Source: Desulfomonilia bacterium (GTDB lineage: Bacteria; Desulfobacterota; Desulfomonilia; UBA1062). From it: a stretch of 64,000 bases of DNA. This document shows, piece by piece, positions 8,767 to 18,374 of the stretch (position 1 is its first letter; each line of letters begins with the position of its first letter). The stretch spans positions 32,001-96,000 of the forward strand of contig JBEKDT010000011.1 of the NCBI GenBank assembly GCA_050014195.1, in the 5' to 3' direction. A program made the translations under genes and the position numbers. The notes beneath the pieces were generated by a model that saw nothing but the letters and a program-made list of their open reading frames with translations, did not search any database and was not told the DNA's origin.

Positions 8767-10080
8767 ATGAAAGGCCAGGAACTCTATCGTAAAGCCAAAC
8801 GGGTCATCCCCGGCGGCACTCAGTTGCTTTCCAAGCGTCCGGAACTTTTTTTACCTGAACAATGGCCAGCCTACTATACCAAGGCACGAGGGGTCGAGAT
8901 CACCGACCTTGACGGACATACCTATACGGACATGAGCATCATGGGTGTAGGAGCATGTATCCTCGGCTACGCCGATCCAGAGGTGGATGCGGCCGTCGCC
9001 GGCGCCATCGCAGCGGGGGTTCAATCCACTCTCAATGCCCCGGAAGAGGTCGAGCTGGCGGAGATCCTCCTTGATTTGCATCCCTGGGCGCAGATGGTCC
9101 GCTACTGCCGTGCGGGAGGTGAAGCAATGAGCATGGCAGTACGCATAGCACGTGCTGCCACACGAAGAGACAAGATCGCCTTCTGTGGATATCACGGCTG
9201 GACCGATTGGTATCTGGCCGCTAACCTCGCCGAGGACGATCCCCTGGACGGGCATCTTATGCCCGGCCTGGAACCGCGTGGGGTGCCCCGGGCCTTGACG
9301 GGTACGGCGCTGGCATTCCATTACAACCGGATCGATGAGCTCAGGGCCATCGTTGATACACACCACCAGGCACTGGCCGCCATCGTGATGGAACCGCAGC
9401 GCGGTGAGCCGCCAGAGCCGGGATTCCTTGAGGCCGTGCGAGCTATCGCAGATGATATTGGCGCAGTACTCATATTCGACGAGATCACCACGGGATTTCG
9501 TATGACTGCGGGTGGCATCCACCGGCTTCTTAGCATCGTTCCCGATATGGCGATATTCGCCAAGGCCATGGCCAACGGTTATGCCATGGGGGCCGTGATC
9601 GGAAAGGCTGCGGTCATGGAGGCTGCCCAATCGACCTTTATCAGCTCCACGAACTGGACCGAACGGATCGGACCAACGGCGGCGATGGCCACCATTCGCA
9701 AGTTCATCAGCGCCCAAGTCGCTCCGCACATCATCAAAATCGGTGCTTCCGTGCAACAGGGATGGAAAGATGTTGCTGCCGAGACCGGCTTGAACATTCA
9801 TGTCGACGGACTGCCGACACTTGCGCATTTCAGCATTTTACATCCAGATGAACTCGCCCTGACCACCCTCTTCACCCAGTGGATGCTCGAGCACGGATAT
9901 CTGGCATATAATCAGTTCAAGCCTTCCTTCGCCCATCAGCCTCACCATGTTGAGGACTATCTGGTGCAGGTTAGAACTGCGTTTACCTTTCTGGCCGAGG
10001 CGATCGGTATAGGCAATCCCTCAAGGTTCCTCAAGGGGCCACAAGCGCGCCGTGGTTTCTACCGGCTGACTGAAAGGTGA
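8767..10080 (+). CDS. Class III PLP aminotransferase (glutamate-1-semialdehyde aminomutase-like, polysaccharide-cluster type)
   Basis: IPGGTQLLSKRPE, GYHGW, LIFDEITTGFR, FAKAMANG. Confidence 0.88.
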   Translation: MKGQELYRKAKRVIPGGTQLLSKRPELFLPEQWPAYYTKARGVEITDLDGHTYTDMSIMGVGACILGYADPEVDAAVAGAIAAGVQSTLNAPEEVELAEILLDLHPWAQMVRYCRAGGEAMSMAVRIARAATRRDKIAFCGYHGWTDWYLAANLAEDDPLDGHLMPGLEPRGVPRALTGTALAFHYNRIDELRAIVDTHHQALAAIVMEPQRGEPPEPGFLEAVRAIADDIGAVLIFDEITTGFRMTAGGIHRLLSIVPDMAIFAKAMANGYAMGAVIGKAAVMEAAQSTFISSTNWTERIGPTAAMATIRKFISAQVAPHIIKIGASVQQGWKDVAAETGLNIHVDGLPTLAHFSILHPDELALTTLFTQWMLEHGYLAYNQFKPSFAHQPHHVEDYLVQVRTAFTFLAEAIGIGNPSRFLKGPQARRGFYRLTER

Positions 10081-10145
10081 TCTTTGTCTACTTCTTTGAA
10101 GAAGGACGGTTTCAACCTGTCTTTTCTGGTAGGTACGCAGGATAA

Positions 10146-11099
10146 ATGCACCTACCGGTAGGTCATAGGAGCCTCGGGAGAACCGGACTGACGGTCTCCG
10201 CTATTGCGCTTGGGACGGTCGAGCTCGGCCTTGACTACGGTATTGAGGCGCCGGGCGGCTATGGTAAACCATCCCAACAGGAGGCCAAGGCCATTGTACG
10301 AATGGCCTTGGAGAACGGGATCAACCTTTTCGATACCGCCCCGGCCTATGGGGAAAGCGAGGCCTTGCTTGGTCAGGTCCTCGATAAGAGTGATGCTATC
10401 ATCGCCACCAAGGTGAACATACCCCGGGACGAACAGGGGCATGTTCTGACCGGCAAGAATCTTAGGCGCAAACTAGAAGCATCCCTTGCCACGAGCATCG
10501 AAAGACTGAAGCGAGACCATCTTGATATCGTCCAGATTCATAACGTGACCACTGTAGTCTTAGAACAAGGCGAAATCACGGAATATCTTCTGCAGGCAAA
10601 ACAACAAGGCATGCTCCGTCACCTCGGCGCATCGGTTTATACCGTTGACGAGGCGCTGGCGGTCATCGCCTCCGGCCATTTTGATGTACTCCAGGTAGCC
10701 TACAATCTCCTTGATTGCCGTATGTCTATAAATGTTTTTCCCTCTGCCCAGGCGGCAGGGATTGGCATCATATCGCGTTCCGCCTTCCTCAAGGGGGTGC
10801 TTACCGACAAGTGGCAATATCTCCCGCCGGCATTGGCCGGACTTAAGGAGACGGTCCTACAAGTGCGGAATAGGCTGGATGGATCTTGTATGGAGCTCCG
10901 CGAAGCGGCATTACGTTTCTGTCTCAGCCATGAGGCAATCGCAACAGTCTTGGTGGGTGTGCGGACTGCCTCTGAACTTGAACAGGCCCTAGTAACCGCA
11001 CGTCAAGGAGCATTGACGCACGAACTGCGAGAAAAGATGGCATGCGTGAGAGTCAATGACGAGTGGCTCCTCAATCCCGCAAACTGGCCGGTGACATGA
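10146..11099 (+). CDS. Aldo/keto reductase
   Basis: LGRTGLTVSAIALGT, GINLFDTAPAYGESE, IATK, QVAYNLLD. Confidence 0.9.
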   Translation: MHLPVGHRSLGRTGLTVSAIALGTVELGLDYGIEAPGGYGKPSQQEAKAIVRMALENGINLFDTAPAYGESEALLGQVLDKSDAIIATKVNIPRDEQGHVLTGKNLRRKLEASLATSIERLKRDHLDIVQIHNVTTVVLEQGEITEYLLQAKQQGMLRHLGASVYTVDEALAVIASGHFDVLQVAYNLLDCRMSINVFPSAQAAGIGIISRSAFLKGVLTDKWQYLPPALAGLKETVLQVRNRLDGSCMELREAALRFCLSHEAIATVLVGVRTASELEQALVTARQGALTHELREKMACVRVNDEWLLNPANWPVT

Positions 11100-12130
11100 A
11101 GCGATCATTCTCCATTATCATGCGCTGTGATGGCGACAAGGAAATTGGATTGGGGCATGTATACCGTTGCCTCGTCCTTGCCCGTGAACTGCGAGATCAC
11201 TATTCGTGGGTTGTTCTGTTCGCCATGTCCTCAGGCATGGCTGGAATCTCAAAGGTACGAGACGAATTCTTCCCGGTAAATGTTAAGCCAGAGGGGATAC
11301 CTGAAGAGGTTTGGCTGGAATTGTTAGTCAATGAATTACATCCTGACGCTTTATTTTTTGATATCCGTACTGATTTGAAAAGGGAAGCAATTGAGCGATT
11401 GAAAATGAATTCTTCTTTAGTCGTTACGTTCGATGATGCGAGTGATCGACGGTTAGCTTCGGATCTGGCATTTTATCCTCCTGTCCCTCAGGCTCGGCGT
11501 CTCCGATGGCCGCACTATAAAGGTCAAGCGCTGATCGGTTGGGAATGGCTATTGGTTCAGGAAGAATATTATCGTCCGCGTTCGACGCATCAAAACGCAG
11601 TGCCGCGCATTTTGGTGACGATGGGCGGCAGTGATCCCGCGAATCTTACCTTACTGGCCATAAAGGCATTGGAAATGGTCGACGAAAAGATTACAGCCGT
11701 GTTGGTATTGGGCCCGGCATTCTCGCACGATGAGGAAATCTCGGACGCGTTGAGCAAAGCAAAGCGATCATACGAAATACATCGTAATCTGCCGGATCTC
11801 GTCGAGCAAGGATTGCACACTGACTTCGCTGTTGCGGCTTTTGGTGGAACTGCGTATGAAATGGCGGCAATGGGTGTGCCGACTGTTTTGCTTGGGCTTA
11901 CCGCAGACCATGCTGCATCAGCTCAATGCCTGGCTGATATTGGTTTGTCACTGAACTTAGGAGAAACGAGCGCAGTTACTCCCAGAAAGTTGGCCAAAGC
12001 TATTTCTGAAATCTTACAACGCCCCGCTTGGGTTGTTGCAGTTCCGGAAAAGGCACGAAAACTGTTTCGTACTCCTGGCGCACAAACTATGGCGAAAAAA
12101 ATTATGCAGGCTGTTGAGAGAATATTTTAG
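11096..12130 (+). CDS. pseG: PseG/SpsG-family UDP-sugar hydrolase
   Basis: RCDGDKEIGLGHVYRCLVLA, ILVTMGGSDP, GGTAYEMAAMGVP. Confidence 0.82.
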   Translation: MKRSFSIIMRCDGDKEIGLGHVYRCLVLARELRDHYSWVVLFAMSSGMAGISKVRDEFFPVNVKPEGIPEEVWLELLVNELHPDALFFDIRTDLKREAIERLKMNSSLVVTFDDASDRRLASDLAFYPPVPQARRLRWPHYKGQALIGWEWLLVQEEYYRPRSTHQNAVPRILVTMGGSDPANLTLLAIKALEMVDEKITAVLVLGPAFSHDEEISDALSKAKRSYEIHRNLPDLVEQGLHTDFAVAAFGGTAYEMAAMGVPTVLLGLTADHAASAQCLADIGLSLNLGETSAVTPRKLAKAISEILQRPAWVVAVPEKARKLFRTPGAQTMAKKIMQAVERIF

Positions 12131-12142
12131 GGAGAATGAAGC

Positions 12143-13324
12143 ATGGCAAACGCTTCAGTTACCATTATTGTGCCTATCTTCAATTCTGATAAATTTCTGG
12201 AAGAGACACTTCAGAGTATCCAGAATCAGTCCTATAAAAATATTCAAGTTCTCCTTATAGACGATGCCTCTTCAGATAGCTCACCGAAAATAATCAAAAA
12301 ATACATCGATTCAGATCCTCGGTTTCAAGCGTTTAAAAATGATTTCAATAGAGGTGTGTCTTACTCAACCAACGTGGGTTTGTCTAACGCTAATGGAGAA
12401 TACATAACATTTCACGATCATGATGATATAATGTTTCCCACTAAGATAGCTACTTGTGTCGATATCCTTGAAAAGCACACGAGTTTCGATGGTGTCATTT
12501 CAGTTGCTGAATATATTTCAGAGAACGGAGAATCTTTAGGAATAACAAGTTTATTGCCTGATTATATAACAACTAATCCGTATTTTGTAAGGGCCTTTGA
12601 AAGAAGCTATATCCCGACATGGGCGATGTTTTTAAGAAGTGAACTATTGAAAGATTTGCGTTTCGACAATGAAAATAAAATTGGCAATCAAGATGCAGAT
12701 TTGTTTCTCAGGCTATTGTATTTAAGGCCTCGTTTTTTTTATTTATCGTCACCTCAAAATAAATTCAGACAAGTTTCGGGGTCTCTATCAAAGAAATCAT
12801 CATCAAGTGTCGAAATATACAGAAAGCATAAAGATATTGATATTCGTGAACTTTATAAAGAGGCAGGTTATTGTGAAAGCATTATTAATTATGCGTTAGC
12901 AAGAGTCAACTTATGGCGTGAGGACAGTGCCTTAGCGCTTGATTACATACAGGCAGCACATCAAGGCATAGACGAAATCCCCCTTGAAGAACAAGATGGC
13001 GTTATTTTTATTCATGCAACATGCCTTTATCTGAATAAGTTATATGTACCTTGCCTTGAAGTTTTAAGCAATCTAAAAAATGGATCATATCAGGCTGAAG
13101 TTTTAAACAATCAGGGAGTTTGTTGGGCGCTGGTTGGAAATCTTTCCAAGGCTAAGAATTCCTTTGAAGGAGCTCTTTCTATTATGTCTGAGTATAAAGA
13201 TCCCAAAAATAATTTGAAAAATTTTATTTCGCCTCAATCAGAAACTGTTTGGCAGTACACAAGATTTCCACTCAGGAATTTATATAAAATCTTAAACATC
13301 TGCCCCCAATGGAGTTGCAAATGA
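12143..13324 (+). CDS. GT2 glycosyltransferase with C-terminal TPR
   Basis: IIVPIFNS, IDDASSD, FHDHDD; TPR AEVLNNQGVCWALVGNLSKA; AT-rich. Confidence 0.85.
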   Translation: MANASVTIIVPIFNSDKFLEETLQSIQNQSYKNIQVLLIDDASSDSSPKIIKKYIDSDPRFQAFKNDFNRGVSYSTNVGLSNANGEYITFHDHDDIMFPTKIATCVDILEKHTSFDGVISVAEYISENGESLGITSLLPDYITTNPYFVRAFERSYIPTWAMFLRSELLKDLRFDNENKIGNQDADLFLRLLYLRPRFFYLSSPQNKFRQVSGSLSKKSSSSVEIYRKHKDIDIRELYKEAGYCESIINYALARVNLWREDSALALDYIQAAHQGIDEIPLEEQDGVIFIHATCLYLNKLYVPCLEVLSNLKNGSYQAEVLNNQGVCWALVGNLSKAKNSFEGALSIMSEYKDPKNNLKNFISPQSETVWQYTRFPLRNLYKILNICPQWSCK

Positions 13325-14664
13325 ACATTACAGAATTCTCTCCCAAATGGGGGAATTGGTTTTTACGGAATTTGGATAAAGTGGATTATGAGTGCGTATT
13401 TGAGCTTACCACGTCTTGCAATTATCACTGCGAATATTGTTCAAACGGAAGAGGTCGAGAAAATGAGGATGTTTCAAGGCGCGGTCAGACTCAAGAAGAT
13501 ATTCAGAAAATCATAAATTTTTTTGACTCAAACCAAACATGGCACATTGTCATTGGCGGTGGTGAGCCATCAATTCATCCAATGTTTTATGATCTAGTAG
13601 GCAAACTTTCAAAAAAACATTATATCAGTATTTATACTAATTTGTCCCTTGATTTGGAACGTTTGCTTGATTGCGTTCCACACGAAAAAATTGTGTCAGT
13701 GCGCTGCACTCTTCATAATCTAAAAAGCGAAAACATTTTTTTTCAAAAAATTGAAAGACTTAAAAAAGCAAACTTTAATCCTGCCATGGTGTTTGTAGCA
13801 ACACCAGAAAGAATAAATGAGATAGATCGCATTGCATCCAGGTGCAATCTTTTGGGAATCCCCTTATCTATTTTCCCTTTGGCAGGGCCCTATCGCAGCA
13901 AGATTTATCCTCATGACTACGATCAGAAAACAAAGGATTTTTTGCTCGAGCGTCCTTCCCTTGTTTTGTATCCAGGTCATCTTATCAGACTCCTTTCGAA
14001 TAAAGAGGGTCTTGTCACGGCTGGGTTTCAATGCACTGCCGGGTCTAGATTTTTTTCAATTCATGCCGAATCGGGTGCGATTGATCGATGTGAAGGTGTT
14101 CGTACCAAAATCGGGAATATTTATACAGGAGAATTCCTGCCAATGCATGGCGCTACGGAGTGTCCTTCTTCGTGCTGCATTGATTACTGTTTTGCTGATG
14201 ATCTTACCGACCAATATTATCAAAAATTCTTTTCAAGCCAAGTCAATGAAAAGGAAATGGTAGACAAAGCGATCCTTTTTGCCAAGGAATCTATGGAAAG
14301 ACTGGACGTCATGAGGAAAATCATGACCGAAAAGGCACATCAGCTAATTAAAGGCAAGAAGACTTTGCTATGGGGCAGCGGCATGGCAGGCAGTTTTTTT
14401 CTTCAGGCATATTCGGATCTCTTCGACGTTGATCATATAATAGGTTTTGTTGATACGAATGATGAAAAATGGGGCCATACAATTTATGGCAAAGAAATAT
14501 TTCCACCGCGAGCAATCGCAACAATTAAGCCTGATGTTGTATTGATCTGTGCGCCTGCTTTTGAAAATGAAATTTTCGAAATGGCTCATAAATGGGTTGA
14601 TTCCGGTGTACAAGTGTTAGGTCTTGAGAAAGATGTTACTAGGTCTTTATCTTATGGATTTTAG
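13309..14664 (+). CDS. Radical SAM protein with Cys-rich auxiliary region and C-terminal Rossmann-like domain
   Basis: CNYHCEYC (CxxxCxxC), GGEP, CTAG...CEG...CPSSCC; C-terminal LLWGSGMAG...IIGFVDTN; start may be 13321. Confidence 0.85.
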   Translation: MELQMNITEFSPKWGNWFLRNLDKVDYECVFELTTSCNYHCEYCSNGRGRENEDVSRRGQTQEDIQKIINFFDSNQTWHIVIGGGEPSIHPMFYDLVGKLSKKHYISIYTNLSLDLERLLDCVPHEKIVSVRCTLHNLKSENIFFQKIERLKKANFNPAMVFVATPERINEIDRIASRCNLLGIPLSIFPLAGPYRSKIYPHDYDQKTKDFLLERPSLVLYPGHLIRLLSNKEGLVTAGFQCTAGSRFFSIHAESGAIDRCEGVRTKIGNIYTGEFLPMHGATECPSSCCIDYCFADDLTDQYYQKFFSSQVNEKEMVDKAILFAKESMERLDVMRKIMTEKAHQLIKGKKTLLWGSGMAGSFFLQAYSDLFDVDHIIGFVDTNDEKWGHTIYGKEIFPPRAIATIKPDVVLICAPAFENEIFEMAHKWVDSGVQVLGLEKDVTRSLSYGF

Positions 14665-14681
14665 AAAGTTGAGGTTGCATA

Positions 14682-15800
14682 ATGTTTAATGATATTTTGA
14701 GATCTCTTGGCAAGAAGGTTCTTTCCTATAGCGATGCCCTTAATTCTTTCAACCGTGCCGTCATATTTGGTGCTGGTGGTTCTGGAGAACACGCATACCA
14801 TTATTTGCGAGATAAAGGTAAAGAGGTCTTATTTTTTTGCGATAACAACAACTCCAAGCATGGAACATTCGTCGAGAGCATACAAATTTTATCACCGGAA
14901 ATTCTTCGGAAGCAGAAAGATCATGCCGTTATTATTGCTTCAGGTTGGGCGAAAGAAATAGCACTTCAACTGAAGTCTCTTGGTGTAAGTCAATATTATG
15001 ATTTTACTGATATTGTCTATATGTATCAACCAACTAAAAATTCTGAAGGTTTATGGGAAAAGCATTTCAATCCAATTATTTTTCAAGACCATGCAGCGGA
15101 AATTGACCGAATTTACGACGGCTTCAAGGATGAAGGGTCCCAGTGCGCCTTCCTTGGTGTTGTAAAATATAGAATGACCATGGACCCTTCCTATCTATGT
15201 ATTGCTGAATATCAACAATATTATCATCCTATTGTTAAGCCTTCAGCTAATCATGTTATTGTAGATGCCGGCGCGTGGAAGGGTGATATCTCTATAAGTT
15301 TTGCCAAACACCTCCATAAGCAGTGCAAAATTTATTCTTTTGAACCTTCCGAGCGCAATATAATAGATTTAAAAAATGAAATACTTAAGGAGCAAATGGA
15401 AGGAGTAATCGTACCTGTTCCAATGGGGGTCTGGGAAAAAGATGAAAAATATAAATTAAATATTACCGCAGATTATGATCAAGGATATTATCTTGATAAA
15501 GATGGCGAAGAGAGCATACTTCTGACTAGTTTGGACAGCTTTTCACAAAAAAATAATCTAAGTTATGATTTTATTAAGATGGATATTGAAGGAGCAGAAA
15601 CCTCTGCATTGAAGGGTGCAGAAAAATCACTCAAAAAATTTCATCCCGCACTGCAGATTTGTGTTTATCACAAACCGGAAGACTTATGGGAAATTCCGAG
15701 CATAATTGAACGATATTATGATAAGTGTGAATTCTATTTCGGCCATCATGGACAACACCTGCATGAGAGCGTTCTCTATGTCAATCCGTCTTCTGTATAA
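14682..15800 (+). CDS. FkbM-family methyltransferase with N-terminal Rossmann-like domain
   Basis: IFGAGGSG...FCDNN; VDAGAWKGD, YSFEP, FIKMDIEGAE, ICVYHKPEDLWEIP. Confidence 0.9.
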   Translation: MFNDILRSLGKKVLSYSDALNSFNRAVIFGAGGSGEHAYHYLRDKGKEVLFFCDNNNSKHGTFVESIQILSPEILRKQKDHAVIIASGWAKEIALQLKSLGVSQYYDFTDIVYMYQPTKNSEGLWEKHFNPIIFQDHAAEIDRIYDGFKDEGSQCAFLGVVKYRMTMDPSYLCIAEYQQYYHPIVKPSANHVIVDAGAWKGDISISFAKHLHKQCKIYSFEPSERNIIDLKNEILKEQMEGVIVPVPMGVWEKDEKYKLNITADYDQGYYLDKDGEESILLTSLDSFSQKNNLSYDFIKMDIEGAETSALKGAEKSLKKFHPALQICVYHKPEDLWEIPSIIERYYDKCEFYFGHHGQHLHESVLYVNPSSV

Positions 15801-15881
15801 AATTCGAACATATGAGCAAGACATCGAGAAAGATTTCTTTCTTTGCTCGTTATATAACATTGAATTTATTATATATACTTT

Positions 15882-16649
15882 ATGAATATAAGATCTGACT
15901 TATGTTTAAAAAATAAAGTGGTGCTCGTTACCGGATCAAGCCGTGGCATCGGGCAAGCTATTGCCCTTGAGGCTGCTCGATCAGGCGCCGACATTGTTGT
16001 AACCTATCGTAAACAAGCTCACAGCGCCGAAAGCGTAGCTTCCGAGATACGCAAGCTTGAGAGAAAGGCGTTAGCTCTCCAGGTAGACGTCTCTTCCCGG
16101 GCAAGCATTAAAAAAATGTTTAGTCAAGTGCTTGAAACCTTTTCACGGATAGATGTGCTCGTGAATAATGCCGGGATTCTGCAGCAAAAACCTTTTATGA
16201 AACTATCCGAGGCGGACTGGGACCGCATAATGGATGTCAATCTGAAAGGCTCCTTCCTGTGCAGCCAGGCGGTCTTCCCCATCATGCAACGACAGGGGGG
16301 CGGGAGGATCATCAACATCTCATCCTCGGGAGGTCAGCTGGGCGGCACCCTGGCCGTCCACTATGCCGCCAGCAAGGCCGGGGTGATCTGCCTGACCAAG
16401 TCACTGGCGCGCATTGGAGCGCCGCATGGTATCCTGGTCAATTGTATCGCCCCAGGGCTCATTGAAACCGAGATGACGCGGCAAGAAATAGATTCGACCG
16501 AAGGACAGGAAAAAATCCGCCAGATCCCCCTTAAACGAACCGGGACTCCGGAAGAAATCGCCCAGAGCGTGATCTTCCTTGCTTCTGAAAATGCAAGCTA
16601 CATAACCGGCCAGACAATCAACATCAATGGCGGACTCTATATGGGGTGA
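15882..16649 (+). CDS. FabG-like short-chain dehydrogenase/reductase
   Basis: TGSSRGIG, NNAG, YAASK, YITGQTININGG. Confidence 0.9.
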   Translation: MNIRSDLCLKNKVVLVTGSSRGIGQAIALEAARSGADIVVTYRKQAHSAESVASEIRKLERKALALQVDVSSRASIKKMFSQVLETFSRIDVLVNNAGILQQKPFMKLSEADWDRIMDVNLKGSFLCSQAVFPIMQRQGGGRIINISSSGGQLGGTLAVHYAASKAGVICLTKSLARIGAPHGILVNCIAPGLIETEMTRQEIDSTEGQEKIRQIPLKRTGTPEEIAQSVIFLASENASYITGQTININGGLYMG

Positions 16650-16664
16650 TCAGGGAAGACAAGG

Positions 16665-18374
16665 ATGGTTATGGGCATACTCGGTGCTGATGTGATTGTG
16701 GAAAGTTTTCTGGAGCATGGTCTGTGCAGGGTCTTCACCTACCCCGGCGGAACCCTGGCCCCTATTTTTGAAGCCTGCATAAAGCACAACATCGACATTT
16801 TCTGTGCACGGCACGAACAGGGATCGGGCTACGCCGCGTTGGCTATAGCACGCTTGACGAGGATACCTCAGGTGGTCATGGTGACTTCTGGGCCCGGCGT
16901 CACCAATCTGATCACCTGTATAGCAGACGCCTTCTTTGATTCTGTTCCACTCGTTGTTATCACAGGCCAGGTCGGGACGGCTGATCTCACCTGCGGCCGC
17001 AAGGTGAGACAATGCGGTTTCCAGCAGGTGGATACCATCGCTATCACCAAATCCATCACGAAAGGAGTCTTTCAGCCCCTAAGTTCTGGAGAACTGAGAT
17101 CTGTGATGAGCGATGCCTTTGCCCTCGCGTCGGATGGCAGGCCCGGACCTGTCGTAGTGGATATGCCCATGGATGTTCAGAGGGCTCAGCAGGACACAAC
17201 CATGGTGCCTGCCAGGAAACCCGCCGCGGTTCCGGAGCGCCCGCCATCCGGTTCCATAGAAAAAGCATCCCAGTGGCTGCTTGAGGCCAAGCGCCCGGTT
17301 ATCCTCGCCGGCCAAGGCGTACTGATGGCGGATGCATGCAAGGAACTGCGGGATTTGGCGCTGAGCATGGGCATACCCGTGGTCATGAGCCTGCTGGGAT
17401 TAGGGTCATTCCCCTCGAACGAACCGCTGGCCCTGGGATTTGTCGGGCATACGGGTAACCTTTATGCGGCGAATGCGCTCCAGCATGCGGATTATGTCTT
17501 AATCGTCGGCGCCCGCTTGGATTTGCGGCAGACCGGAACGCTCACCGACCAATTCGTTCCAAAAGGGAGAAAAGTTCGAATCGATATCGATCCCGATGAA
17601 CTGCTCTACCCCAGGATACAGGTCGACTTGAGCATTAACGCGGATGCCAAACAGACCCTCCGGGATATCCGCGAAGCCCTGCCTGCCAATGCAGAATTAG
17701 ACATAGAACCGTGGCGCAGACAGGTTGGGGAATGGAAATCTCAATACCGGCTGTCTTATGAGCGTAACAGATCGACGATCAAGCCCCAGCACATCATCGA
17801 GGCCACGAACGAACTGACCAAAGACCGCAGCACGGTTGTCGTTTCCGGCGTGGGGTCCCATCAACAATGGACAGCGCGTCACTTTTCCTTTGATTACCCG
17901 AACCGGGCCTGGTTGACTTCCGGTGGTCACGGCGCCATGGGCTTCGACCTGCCCACGGCCATCGGGGCGCATCTCGCGCGGCCCAATGATCTTATCCTGT
18001 GCCTGGTGGGCGACGGATCGCTCCAGATGAATATCCAGGAGCTTAAGACCGTGGAAGAAACCGGCGGGGCGATAAAGATCGTTGTCCTGGACAATAGCCG
18101 TCTTGCCATGGTCTCCCAGTTTCAACTCCTCACTTGGAAGTCCGATCCAGTAACCGGGTCCAAGAAGAACCCGGACTTTGCCGCCATTGCTAGGGCCTAT
18201 GGCATACGGGCCTGGACGCTGAAAGATACGCAAGCGATTCATTCCACCATCCAGGCGGCCCTCGATCATAAAGGTCCGGCCCTTGTGCATTGTCTCGTGG
18301 ATCATGGAGAGGATGTCGTGCCTATGCTTCTGGCGGGACAGGCCCTTGATAGGATGTGGCCGAATGAAGGATAA
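16665..18374 (+). CDS. Thiamine-diphosphate enzyme, acetolactate synthase large-subunit-like
   Basis: YPGG, RHEQ, TSGPGVTN, GAMGFDLP, GDGSLQMNIQEL...NS; no ilvN small subunit adjacent. Confidence 0.9.
   Translation: MVMGILGADVIVESFLEHGLCRVFTYPGGTLAPIFEACIKHNIDIFCARHEQGSGYAALAIARLTRIPQVVMVTSGPGVTNLITCIADAFFDSVPLVVITGQVGTADLTCGRKVRQCGFQQVDTIAITKSITKGVFQPLSSGELRSVMSDAFALASDGRPGPVVVDMPMDVQRAQQDTTMVPARKPAAVPERPPSGSIEKASQWLLEAKRPVILAGQGVLMADACKELRDLALSMGIPVVMSLLGLGSFPSNEPLALGFVGHTGNLYAANALQHADYVLIVGARLDLRQTGTLTDQFVPKGRKVRIDIDPDELLYPRIQVDLSINADAKQTLRDIREALPANAELDIEPWRRQVGEWKSQYRLSYERNRSTIKPQHIIEATNELTKDRSTVVVSGVGSHQQWTARHFSFDYPNRAWLTSGGHGAMGFDLPTAIGAHLARPNDLILCLVGDGSLQMNIQELKTVEETGGAIKIVVLDNSRLAMVSQFQLLTWKSDPVTGSKKNPDFAAIARAYGIRAWTLKDTQAIHSTIQAALDHKGPALVHCLVDHGEDVVPMLLAGQALDRMWPNEG

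Noticed and set aside
16665-18374. Housekeeping ilvB
   Set aside because: No ilvN/ilvC neighbours and it is embedded in a glycan operon, so no gene symbol was assigned
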